DNA of 64,000 nucleotides. Source: an uncultured Clostridia bacterium (GTDB taxonomy: Bacteria > Bacillota > Clostridia > Christensenellales > UBA1242). Location of the stretch: assembly GCA_947630745.1 (NCBI GenBank), contig CANRIT010000002.1:36474-100473 (forward strand), written 5' to 3'. Shown in pieces: positions 20,543 through 30,688 of this stretch. The translations under genes were made by a program, and so were the position numbers. Within the stretch, counting starts at the first letter, position 1, and each line of letters opens with the position of its first letter. The notes beneath the pieces are model-generated. The model ran no database searches. It was not told where the DNA came from and worked only from the letters and a program-made list of their open reading frames with translations.

Positions 20543-20879
20543 AGGAAATTTAACAAAATTTTAAAAAATATAGATATTTTTTTAAATTTTTAATTTTTTT
20601 TTACAAAAAACATAAATAAAAAATCTTTATTTAATAAAAAAAGAGAGTTATTTGCTCTCTTTTTAAGATAAGGTTATAAACTCAACCAATTTTATTAATA
20701 ATTTGTTAGAAAGAAAATTCTTTCTTTGAAATATTTTGTTTTGACATATATAGCAAACATAAGACAAATATGAAAACAATTTATCAATTTTAATCTCTAA
20801 ATTAAAAAATTTTTATAAAATTTATTTTGCATTACAACTGCCCCACCAAACAAAAACAGTCGCGCGGCTGGTTGTTTTT

Positions 20880-21671
20880 TTATTTTAATTTAGAGCGGAT
20901 AAAGGTAAAAATTTTTGATATGTTTTGTGGCGATTTGAAAGCCCTATCACTGTGCCCAGCGCCATCAATTAAATCAAGTCTAATGTCAACGCCCATTTTT
21001 AAGGCTTTTTCAAAAAACAGTTTGCTTTGCACAAAAGGCACAATATCATCAGCCGTTCCGTGTTGAATTAAGGTGCTTGGCAGGTTGGTTGAAAGATGGT
21101 GAAATGGGCTTGCTTTTTTAAATTCATCATCGCCAATTTCGCTCAAGTTTTTGTTGAAATAGGTTTGTGTGTTTTGTATTAAATAGGTTTTGTTTTCATT
21201 GTCATCGTCTAATTTTTTTGTAAGATTTATTAAAGATAACAAATCCAAAACCGGATATAGGGCAACAACGCAAACTTTTTTAAATTTTTTAGTTAGCGAT
21301 TTATTTAATGCCAACATAAGCGCATAATTAGCACCTGAGGATGCGCCCATAAATGCTATTTTGTAATCTAGATGATATTCCTTTGCTTTGGATAGCAAAA
21401 ATTCCACTGCTTGCTGGCAATCGTTTATTCCCGCAGGGAAAGGCGCTTCCCCGCTAAGGCGATAATTTACACTTGCAATTACAAAATTTTGATTGTTCGC
21501 TTGCGCTAAATTGTTTATAGTGCCTTGCGTCTTATCCCCGCCAGAAAATCCGCCGCCATGAATGAAAAATATAAGCGGTAATTTTTTGTTTAAATAATCG
21601 TCTGGAAGATATAAATCCAATTTTTGAAATTCACTTGAATTTCCATAACAAATATCTTTTAAAACTTTCAT
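20880..21671 (-). CDS. Alpha/beta hydrolase (HSL/BD-FAE-like esterase)
   Basis: HGGGF oxyanion motif, SVNYRLS, GASSG nucleophile elbow, QHGTADDIVP, GAGH. Confidence 0.92.
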   Translation of the reverse strand: MKVLKDICYGNSSEFQKLDLYLPDDYLNKKLPLIFFIHGGGFSGGDKTQGTINNLAQANNQNFVIASVNYRLSGEAPFPAGINDCQQAVEFLLSKAKEYHLDYKIAFMGASSGANYALMLALNKSLTKKFKKVCVVALYPVLDLLSLINLTKKLDDDNENKTYLIQNTQTYFNKNLSEIGDDEFKKASPFHHLSTNLPSTLIQHGTADDIVPFVQSKLFFEKALKMGVDIRLDLIDGAGHSDRAFKSPQNISKIFTFIRSKLK

Positions 21672-21754
21672 AACTCTCCTTAAACAACTCCCCCGCCACA
21701 ATCACCTTGCCTCACTGTATATTGCATCTTTCCCACACAAAAAACACATCCGCT

Positions 21755-22693
21755 TTATTTATATTCAAATTCAAGTTCGGTTTTGCGTTCGTATATTTCA
21801 CCTTGCGGGGTGTCTAACATGCTTTGCGGCGTGGATTTGCGAGCATAGCAATAATTGCAATTGTGGCGGCAGGTGTCGTAACGGCCGATGTCAATGGCGG
21901 GCATGCATCCGCAATATTTACGCTGGCCGTCAAGTTTGTTGTTTTTGCGCTTTACAACAATGCCATCGTCCTTAAATTTGTCAGTTAAAAGTTCTTCAAA
22001 AATTGCGCCGTCAATACATTTGCTTGGCAAAATGTTGTATCTGCTAAAATCTCCACTTTCCGCGCACGCTTCAATTTTTATGCCATTTTTGATTGCAATT
22101 TGCGAAAATTTTGCTAAAATTTCATGTTTTTGTGTTAAATTTGGTGCAAAAACCGTTTTTGAGCAGCCCTTGTAACTTTCAATTACAAAACTTATTTTGC
22201 AATGTTTTGTGTATCCTTTAAGCTGTTCGCACAAATATGTAAATTGCTTTATATGCCAATTAACATCAATCCCATCCGCAAGCAAAATTGGATCGTAGCG
22301 CCAAATTACCGGGCAATATTTTGTTAATTCTTTAAATGTTTCAATCCGCTCAATTAGTGGCGGCAACCCACACTCGATTGTTTGCGGATAAGCGTTTAAG
22401 GTAAACAAAAAATAATATTTATAATCCTTTAATTTTTCCAATTTACTCAACATGGGCTTTGGATTTTTTGACCAAAACACTATGCCTTCAATGTTGCCTT
22501 CCGTTTCAACTTTTTTATCGCCCACCAAGTTATATTCCACGCTTTTAATTTTAAATGGTTTAATTTCAATTTTTGCAATTTTGTTTGGATTAATAGGGTT
22601 TGGCACAAGCGCACATCCGTCCGCCAACCTATCAAAAAACCAATCGCTATAAAACGCCGGAATATCCGTCCGCCTAGACACACTTAAAATCAT
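21755..22693 (-). CDS. DUF1848 family protein
   Basis: MILSVSRRTDIPAFY, IVFWSKNP, IWRYDPI, CGC..AIDIGRYDTCRHNCNYCYA. Confidence 0.9.
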   Translation of the reverse strand: MILSVSRRTDIPAFYSDWFFDRLADGCALVPNPINPNKIAKIEIKPFKIKSVEYNLVGDKKVETEGNIEGIVFWSKNPKPMLSKLEKLKDYKYYFLFTLNAYPQTIECGLPPLIERIETFKELTKYCPVIWRYDPILLADGIDVNWHIKQFTYLCEQLKGYTKHCKISFVIESYKGCSKTVFAPNLTQKHEILAKFSQIAIKNGIKIEACAESGDFSRYNILPSKCIDGAIFEELLTDKFKDDGIVVKRKNNKLDGQRKYCGCMPAIDIGRYDTCRHNCNYCYARKSTPQSMLDTPQGEIYERKTELEFEYK

Positions 22694-23015
22694 CGTCCTA
22701 CTCCATAATCCATTATACCTCTTCCACCCAAAATGTCAAACTTTTTAAACTTAAAAGCCGGCTTTAATTTATTTATTAATTTATCTATAAAATCCTGTTC
22801 TTCTTTTGGCGTGTGATAATTGCTGTTAATTGTATAATCGCAAATTAAATATAAACTATCCTATAAGGAATTCCCTGTCTTTATTATAACAATTTTTCTT
22901 AACTTTCTTGTCTGAAACATATCACAATATAAGCAACCTGGAGAACTTTTGTTTCACCAACCAATAGCCAAGTCACCCCTTTTTTGATAAAAATGTATAA
23001 AAATGTAAATTTTTA

Positions 23016-23044
23016 TTGACAAATATATTTTATTGTGATATCCT
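23016..23044 (+). promoter_or_regulatory. Promoter of the RiPP locus
   Basis: TTGACA, 17 bp spacer, TATCCT with TG extended -10. Confidence 0.55.
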
Positions 23045-23085
23045 AACGATAGAAACTATGTTTCAAAAGTACAAAGGAGGGCGAT

Positions 23086-23190
23086 ATGAAAAAATATATT
23101 ACTCCAGTTGTGTGCAAACTTGATTTAAGCAAAGTTACTGTTTTTTCAGGTTGCAACACTTATTCTAGCGACGATAGTTCTTGCTATTAA
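23086..23190 (+). CDS. Putative RiPP precursor peptide MKKYITPVVCKLDLSKVTVFSGCNTYSSDDSSCY (34 aa; not in the ORF track)
   Basis: Strong RBS AAAGGAGG; YxxP leader motif; Cys/Ser/Asp/Tyr-rich C-terminus; directly upstream of PqqD and radical SAM genes. Confidence 0.85.
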   Translation: MKKYITPVVCKLDLSKVTVFSGCNTYSSDDSSCY

Positions 23191-23197
23191 CTTAAAC

Positions 23198-23232
23198 GAA
23201 AAAGTTATATTCTATATAACTTTTTCTTTTTT
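23198..23232 (+). terminator. Hairpin plus U-tract between the precursor and maturase genes
   Basis: GAAAAAGTTATA-ttcta-TATAACTTTTTC followed by T6. Confidence 0.7.
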
Positions 23233-23246
23233 GTCTGGAGGCGTTT

Positions 23247-23525
23247 GTGAAATATAGAATTAATGATGATATTGTCATAGATGAAATGGATAATATCTTG
23301 ATCTTAACCAAAAAAAATCAAAATCAAGAAATTGATTATAATAATGCCATAATTTTGGAGGATGTCGGCAAATTTATTTTTACGCTTATAATGCAAAATA
23401 AAAATGAAAATAATATTATTAATAACATCCTAAAAGAGTATGATGTGCATATTGATACCGCGAAAAAGGATTTTAAAAATTTTATTGAGCAGCTTGTTCA
23501 AGCGGAGATAATTCATGTTGAATAA
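23247..23525 (+). CDS. Stand-alone PqqD-family RiPP recognition element
   Basis: 92 aa; GTG start with GGAGG; ILEDVGKFIFTLI...ILKEYDV...AKKDFKNFIEQLVQAEII PqqD pattern. Confidence 0.9.
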   Translation: MKYRINDDIVIDEMDNILILTKKNQNQEIDYNNAIILEDVGKFIFTLIMQNKNENNIINNILKEYDVHIDTAKKDFKNFIEQLVQAEIIHVE

Positions 23526-24573
23526 ATCGAAAATAAAAAGTTTTTTGTTTAAGAAACATTATAAAGTTTTGTATGAAGATAGGAAATTATCTTCTGCCAC
23601 TTTTGAAATATTAAATGCTTGTAATTTTAAGTGCGTTCATTGCTATAACCAAAATTTGGCTATAAAATTTATGCCCTTAACTGATGCACTTAAAATTATT
23701 GATGAATTATGCATGCTAGGTTGTAAAAACATCACATTGACCGGCGGTGAAACAACAATGCATCCACAGTTTGAAAAAATTTATAAATATTGTTTCGATA
23801 AAGGATTAAAAATCACGCTCTATACCAATGGGTACTACATTAATAAATTTCTCAACTTTTTAAAAAAATATCCTCCACTAAATATAGATATAAGTCTTTA
23901 TGGGATGAATGATAAGACCTACAAAGAAATATGTCATATTAAAGACGGCTTTTCTGTGATTAGTAACAATATTAATTTGATTTTATCAAATGGATTGCCT
24001 ATAACATTAAAATCAGTAATAATGCAACAAAATTGTGATCAATTTGATCAAATTAACGCGTATTGTACGAAATTAAATATTCCATTTAGGTTTGATTTAA
24101 ATTTACTTACAAGCAAAGATTTTGTAAATAAGCAAGAAGATAATTCGTTAACCGACGATAAATACTTCCAAGTCATGAATCAAATACGCAAACATAAATT
24201 AAACAATTGGATGGGATACATTACTAGGGAAAATGTATTTAATGACAGTGATGCACTTTATTCATGCGGGGCCGGCAGAATAAGTTTATTTATTAATTGT
24301 AACGGCGGTGTAAGAATTTGTAATTTTGCAGAATTTAGCGAAAAAAATTTTAATGACACATCACTAGAAAAAATTTGGGAAAGTTTCAAAGAATATTTAG
24401 TTTTAGATAAGGATAAAAAGGGTGACTGCTACAATTGTAAATATAAAAAATTTTGTTCGAACTGCCCAGTAACTACTTATATGGCCCATAAAACAGACGG
24501 CAAATCAATCCTACCTGTCGCGCAAAATTGTAGAGAAGCGAAATATATTTATAATAGTGTTAATAATGAATAA
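23515..24573 (+). CDS. Radical SAM/SPASM peptide maturase
   Basis: CNFKCVHC (CxxxCxxC), LTGGE, SPASM cysteines CGAG...ICNF...CYNCKYKKFCSNCP...NC; start overlaps the PqqD stop. Confidence 0.92.
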   Translation: MLNKSKIKSFLFKKHYKVLYEDRKLSSATFEILNACNFKCVHCYNQNLAIKFMPLTDALKIIDELCMLGCKNITLTGGETTMHPQFEKIYKYCFDKGLKITLYTNGYYINKFLNFLKKYPPLNIDISLYGMNDKTYKEICHIKDGFSVISNNINLILSNGLPITLKSVIMQQNCDQFDQINAYCTKLNIPFRFDLNLLTSKDFVNKQEDNSLTDDKYFQVMNQIRKHKLNNWMGYITRENVFNDSDALYSCGAGRISLFINCNGGVRICNFAEFSEKNFNDTSLEKIWESFKEYLVLDKDKKGDCYNCKYKKFCSNCPVTTYMAHKTDGKSILPVAQNCREAKYIYNSVNNE

Positions 24574-26290
24574 ATTAAGTACAAAAAAATTCTTTATCAA
24601 TAAAATTAGGTCTGGTGACATAAAACATATAACAATATATGGTTCTAGTATGTTGCCAACTTTTTCAAGCGGTGAAACTATTGAGATTACAAAAGATATT
24701 GAGATAAAAACCGGAAATATAGTTGTCGCGATCAATAATAAATCGGATAATTTTGTTGTTCATAGAATTGTGGATATTAATAATTCGAATAAAGAAGTAT
24801 GCCTACTGGGAGATAATCAAACAAACTCTGAAAAATGCTGGTTGCCGATTAGTAGTCTTATCGCACAAGCCAAAGAACATGCGCATTTAAACAAAAAAAA
24901 TTTAAACTTTAATTTGGTTTGCGATATACCATTTAATAAGCCTAAATATTTTAACGAACCAACATATCAAGTTTTTCAGTCACTCAAAATGAAAGATTAT
25001 GATAGTTATTACTTTGATTATAATATTCAATTCAACTTAAAGCTCTACGATGAAGAAAAAGTTCAAGATTATAAAAACTGCAGTAAAATAGAATTTAATA
25101 ATTTTATGAATTATTTTAAATTGGTTAGAGATATAGCTGCCAGAAAATATAATTTATATAAATTCACTTTTGGAGAACTTGTTTTATGTAACCCTGCCGA
25201 ATCCGAAGAGATAAAGCATATAATTGATAATTATAAGGAAACAATATATTATTCGTTTTATAAAGAAAAAATTATAAAACTCAAAAATTTCATAAAAACA
25301 AAAAATAAAAATTTCAAACCAGTGAAAGTATATTTAGTTGTTAATAATTTTAACAAGTTAATAAGCTCAATAATATTTGCAAAAACATGTAACGAAATTT
25401 TATCTATAAAGCCAATTCTCGTTAATAAATCGCCTATTTTTGATGGCCGATTTGATACAAGATATTACGAACAATTTTTTCTGAAAATAATTTCGATTGC
25501 GGAAATCAACAAAGATATTAACAATTTAAATTCTGATTATTCCCAAATAAATTTTGATGACTATATAACACCATTTAAAATTGCACCAATTACAATCAGA
25601 GAGGAGTGTTATTATAAAAAATGTTTGTTCTGTGATAGACATTGCAAAGATAATTTTTCATTTAATCTAAAAAATATTGTTGATAAAATATCAAATTTGA
25701 CAAAACGCGGTATCAATAATTTTGTATTTGAAGATGATTGTATTATCCCTGGTGAGATGAATAATATCATAAATGCACTAAAAGCAGTCGGGATATCAAT
25801 CAAATGGCAAGGGGTGTTTAGATTTGACAAAGCTTTAAACAATGAGGCAATATTAAAAAATTTTAGCGATAATGGATGCAAATTTTTATTTTTTGGATTA
25901 GAAACTTTTAGCCCAAAGTTATTAAAAAAGATGAATAAGGGCATCGATTTAAAAGACGCTATCAATGTATTAAAGTTATGTAAGCAATATTCAATTAATA
26001 CTAGTGTCAGTTTATTATTTAATTTTACTCAAGAATCTCTAGATGATGTTAAACAAACTTATGAGGGTGTCCAAAATTACATAGATTTGATAGACAATTT
26101 CGAAATAAATTTTTTTACCCCTACAAAAAATTGTAAGGTTTGTTATGATACTAAGGGGATAAATTATTTATGTCATAGTAGAAAAATTTCGAAACAAAAA
26201 CAAGAATATATTCAAAAAATTTTAAATTTAATTAAAGAAAAACATAAATTAGATTCATTTTATCTGAAAAATTACGAAAGTTGGAGCTAA
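24566..26290 (+). CDS. Fusion of an S24/S26-type peptidase (N-terminal) and a B12-class-like radical SAM (C-terminal)
   Basis: GSSMLPT...VVHRI...LGDN peptidase motifs; CYYKKCLFC (Cx4Cx2C), FEDD, FFGLETFSPKLLKKMNKG. Confidence 0.82.
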   Translation: MNKLSTKKFFINKIRSGDIKHITIYGSSMLPTFSSGETIEITKDIEIKTGNIVVAINNKSDNFVVHRIVDINNSNKEVCLLGDNQTNSEKCWLPISSLIAQAKEHAHLNKKNLNFNLVCDIPFNKPKYFNEPTYQVFQSLKMKDYDSYYFDYNIQFNLKLYDEEKVQDYKNCSKIEFNNFMNYFKLVRDIAARKYNLYKFTFGELVLCNPAESEEIKHIIDNYKETIYYSFYKEKIIKLKNFIKTKNKNFKPVKVYLVVNNFNKLISSIIFAKTCNEILSIKPILVNKSPIFDGRFDTRYYEQFFLKIISIAEINKDINNLNSDYSQINFDDYITPFKIAPITIREECYYKKCLFCDRHCKDNFSFNLKNIVDKISNLTKRGINNFVFEDDCIIPGEMNNIINALKAVGISIKWQGVFRFDKALNNEAILKNFSDNGCKFLFFGLETFSPKLLKKMNKGIDLKDAINVLKLCKQYSINTSVSLLFNFTQESLDDVKQTYEGVQNYIDLIDNFEINFFTPTKNCKVCYDTKGINYLCHSRKISKQKQEYIQKILNLIKEKHKLDSFYLKNYESWS

Positions 26291-26374
26291 AATTTGCCAT
26301 TTTAAGAAAATTTGACTATTTTTTATTGCTAAATTTTGTGATTTATAATATAATAGTTAGGGCGTGGAGAAAAT

Positions 26375-28462
26375 ATGGATAAAGATGTGATTTTACAAGA
26401 ACAGGCGCAGCTTGAAATTATTCAAGGCGTTATTCTTGGCGAAATAAATGATTTGGACAAATCGATTAAATTCAACGAGTCCAAAATAAAAGACTCGCTA
26501 AAATATGCGGCAACTGAAAAGTTGGACAAATATGAAGTTGCGGATATTTATGGCGATATTTACGGGCGCGATGTCAGCCTTGATGCTTTGATTAAAGACA
26601 GGCGAATGTTTGCGAGGATACTGCCAAAACCATTTTTCGCCAAAATTGTAATAAAAGAAGGAAAAGGTGAACCTGAAACATTTTATATCGGATTAAAAAA
26701 TGTGCAAGATGATGGCAAGCAATACATAATCGATTGGCGTACACCAATAGCTTCTTTGTTGTATTTTTCATCGCTAGGTGAAACTTATTACCAAGCGCCA
26801 ATGGGCAAAATTAAGGTTGATTTGCAGCTTAAAAGGCAGTTTAGATTAGAACCTAATAAAATTGTTTCATACATCGACACAAACACAAAAATAGATGATG
26901 ATATTTTGCAAGAAATATTAAGCAAAAACACCTCATCCCACATGACCAATATTGTGGAAAGCATACAAGAAGAACAAAACGAGATAATAAGAAAACCCGC
27001 AAATCAATCGGTAATAATTAATGGCATTGCAGGCTCGGGCAAAACATCTATTGCGATGCATAGAATTTCATACATTTTATATGCAAACCGCGGCAACATA
27101 AAAAATGAAAATGTGCTTATAATCTCTCCTAGCAAAATATTTAGCACTTATATAAGCGATCTATTGCCAGAATTGGGCGAAGACAATGTGCCAACAACTT
27201 CCATGCCGCAAATTTTAACAAGGGTTGGGCTTAATCCAAAAATTTTTGGCAGCAAGCTTTCAATGGTCGACAGTCAATTTTATGATGAAAATAGAAAAAA
27301 AGAAATTGATACCAAATTTTCTGTTGAATTTTATGATAAAACTTGCGAATTTTTAAAAAATTATGACATTGTTACACCAATTTATGAAGCATTTAAGGCA
27401 GAAGGGTTAAACGTTCCTTTAGCTGCCATAAAAAAATATAGCAATTTTAAATCGGACGAGATTAAACAAAACATAGAGATGTTGATAGACAATGTGCTTT
27501 ATTTTTGTTACCCGCGCGCAAATGAGCGCACTTTGCAAAAAACAAAGCAAAAAATCATCAAACGGCTAGAGGCGGTTTTGACCACTGAGCAAATTTTTAA
27601 CGACCTTTATACCGCCAACAATTTGCATGTTGCCGAGCTGCAATATGGATTTGAAGATGCGCCTATTTACGCTTATATAAATGCAAAATTAAAAGGTGTG
27701 GAAAAAAATTATTTTGTTAAACACATTTTTGTTGATGAAATGCAGGATTATGACGCATTCAGTATTGCTCTTTTAAGGCAAATTTTCCCTACCGCGACCA
27801 TGACATTAACGGGTGATTATAATCAAAACATTTTGTCCACCCAGTCAAATTTATCGCTGCTTGAACGCATCTTGCCGGGGGTTAAGGTGGATAACCTTTT
27901 GATTAGCTATCGTTCAACAAATGATATAATTGACTTTGCACAAAAAATAATTGGCAAAACAGCAAACACACGCTTTGTTCGCAATGGAGATAAGCCCGAA
28001 ATTGAACAATGCAAAGATGTTGAAAGCATTGTGGAGTTTGTTGATAAAATTGTTAAAAAATTTCCAAATGATAAAATTGCAATTGTGTCAAAAACAATAA
28101 AGCAAGCGCAAAAAATCGCCCAGTACTTAACCGACTTTACTTGCATAGTTAACGAAAATGACGATGCGCTAATTTCCGCAAATAAAATTATAACCACCAC
28201 ATATCTTAGCAAAGGATTGGAATATGATAGGGTTGTTGTTTTGGATGCCGATTGCGAAAATTATAACACTCCACTTGATAGGCAAAATCTATATGTTGCA
28301 TGCACACGCGCGCTGCATGGCGTTTACATCACCTACAAAAACGAATTAACGCCATTCATCGACCCACAATTTAAAAAAAAAGAACATTTTAAGCAAGAAA
28401 TTCTAAAAGGGTGCTCACTGACAGAAGAATCAATAGATACGGTACATAAAAAAGATTTATAG
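26375..28462 (+). CDS. helD: HelD-family RNA polymerase recycling ATPase (UvrD-like)
   Basis: IIDWRTPIASLLY, LKRQF, IQEEQNEIIR, GIAGSGKT, VDEMQD, GDYNQ, KGLEYD, LYVACTRA. Confidence 0.85.
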   Translation: MDKDVILQEQAQLEIIQGVILGEINDLDKSIKFNESKIKDSLKYAATEKLDKYEVADIYGDIYGRDVSLDALIKDRRMFARILPKPFFAKIVIKEGKGEPETFYIGLKNVQDDGKQYIIDWRTPIASLLYFSSLGETYYQAPMGKIKVDLQLKRQFRLEPNKIVSYIDTNTKIDDDILQEILSKNTSSHMTNIVESIQEEQNEIIRKPANQSVIINGIAGSGKTSIAMHRISYILYANRGNIKNENVLIISPSKIFSTYISDLLPELGEDNVPTTSMPQILTRVGLNPKIFGSKLSMVDSQFYDENRKKEIDTKFSVEFYDKTCEFLKNYDIVTPIYEAFKAEGLNVPLAAIKKYSNFKSDEIKQNIEMLIDNVLYFCYPRANERTLQKTKQKIIKRLEAVLTTEQIFNDLYTANNLHVAELQYGFEDAPIYAYINAKLKGVEKNYFVKHIFVDEMQDYDAFSIALLRQIFPTATMTLTGDYNQNILSTQSNLSLLERILPGVKVDNLLISYRSTNDIIDFAQKIIGKTANTRFVRNGDKPEIEQCKDVESIVEFVDKIVKKFPNDKIAIVSKTIKQAQKIAQYLTDFTCIVNENDDALISANKIITTTYLSKGLEYDRVVVLDADCENYNTPLDRQNLYVACTRALHGVYITYKNELTPFIDPQFKKKEHFKQEILKGCSLTEESIDTVHKKDL

Positions 28463-28629
28463 GCACAATCCTTTTCATAAAATGTATATAAATTCAAAAC
28501 TGGTGAATAGCTATCTCACAAATAATTAAATAAAGCAGTCATATGGCTGCTTTATTATGTTTTGGAATCGCAATTGTGGCCAAAGAGTTTTTATTAAGCC
28601 TTTGGTTAATAATAGATTACCAACTAAAT

Positions 28630-29193
28630 TTAAATTTGCCGGACCAAAGCAAGCGCATAGCAATACAACTTATAATACGCCTTTAAAAATTTAACCAACA
28701 TGCCGTCAGATAGATTATAATTCCAAAAAAATTCATGCGAAATGCTATTTCTCACTTTTTTCACAGCTGAATATGTGTTTATAAAGTCTTCTTTTTCAAA
28801 AATATTTTGCTCACCCATTCGCTCTATGCATTGTTTTATCTGCGCTTGGCAAACTGGGTAAAACACATTAGTAAATTCGCTTGTTGATATATCTGGCAAT
28901 TTAATATCATTTATTAAATCTTCCAACAATTCAGATTCCAAAAATTGGCCCGAATATCTATTTTTTTTGTTGATAAATGAAAATGCAAACTTATCCTCTT
29001 GATATTTATATTCAATAATTAGACCTATAATCGCCTCAATCGCGCACGAAATAAAGTTGAAGCTTATGATTTTTGTATATTGATCCATATCGCCTTCTGC
29101 AGCGTACTTAACAAACATAAGATCATTAATATTTTTTAGTCTTTGCAACAAATTGGAATGAATTAATTCTATTTCTTCTTTCGCATTATCCAT
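28630..29193 (-). CDS. HEPN-like nuclease (MAE_28990/MAE_18760-like)
   Basis: VRNSISH Rx4H motif; coupled to the DUF262 gene. Confidence 0.65.
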   Translation of the reverse strand: MDNAKEEIELIHSNLLQRLKNINDLMFVKYAAEGDMDQYTKIISFNFISCAIEAIIGLIIEYKYQEDKFAFSFINKKNRYSGQFLESELLEDLINDIKLPDISTSEFTNVFYPVCQAQIKQCIERMGEQNIFEKEDFINTYSAVKKVRNSISHEFFWNYNLSDGMLVKFLKAYYKLYCYALALVRQI

Positions 29194-29195
29194 AA

Positions 29196-30347
29196 TTATC
29201 CCAAAAACTGTTTTACAAGTTCTACCCTATTCTTCACATTTTCCAAAGTTGTTGTGGATGTTGTAAATAATTTTTTCAAATCTTCATCATTCCAAATTTG
29301 TTCTTTAAATTTTTCTAATTCTGTTGCTGTTTTTTTGAAGATAGGATTTTCAATTGTAGCAATAACCACAGCCTCTGCAAAAATTTCATGGACGCGATCT
29401 GAAATTTTTAAATTGTCCCTTGAACGCGCATAAAAAGCTTGCGGGTCAAATTCATGCAAAATATCAAGTGCTTGTACAATCTTATCCAGTATAGTGTTGT
29501 ATTCAATTTCGTTTTTATTGGCATAATACAAAAAGTTGCTTAGCATTTCATTTTTGGAGCTGGTAAAATTTCTATCAGCCTTATCACAAAATTTATTTAG
29601 ACCATTTTGATAATTTTTATAAGCTAGATAATATGTTGCAAACCTTAAAACAATTTCTTCTGCCTTCTTCCTCTGTTTGATGTTGCCATCATTGGATGTC
29701 AACTTTAAGAAACTATTTGAATTGGTTATCGATTTAATCCTATTCAGCACCTCGCCAGCATACACAGCATTTCTAACCTCTTGTTCTGACAATTTAATCG
29801 AGCCAGTGTTGATTCTTTCAAAAACTTCTGTCATATATAATTTCTTTTTCGACTCAGATTTCTCAGCAGAATCAAAAATCGTTAAAGAAAAGATATAATC
29901 GTTAAAGAAATCTTTATCTTCATCCGACAAAGTTTCGTAAGTTTGACCAAACCATTTTGATTGCTTATTTGTAATGGCAAATTTTCTTTCGTCTGGCGTT
30001 CCTGCCTTCCATACCCCAGTTTTAAACGCTTCGATTGTTGAAACGCGTTGAAAACCGTCAATTAAATTGTAAATTTCATTTCCATCTTTAATTTCTTTGT
30101 ACACAAACAAATCTGGGATTGGCAAGCCCAGCAAGATTGATTCGATAAATTTTACACAATTTTTATAGTTCCAAACATACTCTCTTTGAAAATCAGGAAT
30201 AATCAATTTACCATGATCCTTCCACTTTATCAAATTATCAATTGATCTATCCGTACGATAAGAAGTGATGGCATATCTGGAAATCTCCATGCCATTGCTT
30301 TCTTCTTCATTTATAACCTCATCAATTTCGTCTTTAATTTCTTCCAT
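29196..30347 (-). CDS. DUF262 (ParB-like/GmrS-type) domain protein
   Basis: IPDFQREYVW, FIESILLGLPIP, LIDGFQRVSTI, FERINTG..LSEQEVRNA. Confidence 0.92.
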   Translation of the reverse strand: MEEIKDEIDEVINEEESNGMEISRYAITSYRTDRSIDNLIKWKDHGKLIIPDFQREYVWNYKNCVKFIESILLGLPIPDLFVYKEIKDGNEIYNLIDGFQRVSTIEAFKTGVWKAGTPDERKFAITNKQSKWFGQTYETLSDEDKDFFNDYIFSLTIFDSAEKSESKKKLYMTEVFERINTGSIKLSEQEVRNAVYAGEVLNRIKSITNSNSFLKLTSNDGNIKQRKKAEEIVLRFATYYLAYKNYQNGLNKFCDKADRNFTSSKNEMLSNFLYYANKNEIEYNTILDKIVQALDILHEFDPQAFYARSRDNLKISDRVHEIFAEAVVIATIENPIFKKTATELEKFKEQIWNDEDLKKLFTTSTTTLENVKNRVELVKQFLG

Positions 30348-30688
30348 AAAAATTTCTCCTATGTCATAAATGTGCTTCAAAAATATCCTTCGCAAATTTC
30401 AATTCAATATGCAAATTTGTATACTTACAAAAATTGCTTTTGCCACACACATTCATTAAGTATAATAATACCACAAAAATCTAAAAATTGTCTACTATTT
30501 CCGCCAACCAAAATCAACTTTTTGAAAAATCTCACATGTTTCAACTTGGTTTAATTGGCTTTTATAGGCTGATCCAATGACTTACTGCTATCTATATCGC
30601 TTCATCTATATAACCATAAGGGTCCTATAAAAAAGTGAGTTGACTGAACTACTTCGCCTAGTTCAGTAGGGACAACCTAAAAATATTA

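Noticed and set aside
22690-22960. Interrupted minus-strand reading frame with a CxxC upstream of DUF1848
   Set aside because: Short, broken by a stop, and overlaps the TTGACA/TATAAT promoter of DUF1848; cannot be supported as a pseudogene
23086-23190. Lasso peptide reading of the precursor (Gly1 with Asp8/Asp9, YxxP leader)
   Set aside because: No asparagine-synthetase-like cyclase or transglutaminase-like B2 protease in the locus and no Thr at -2
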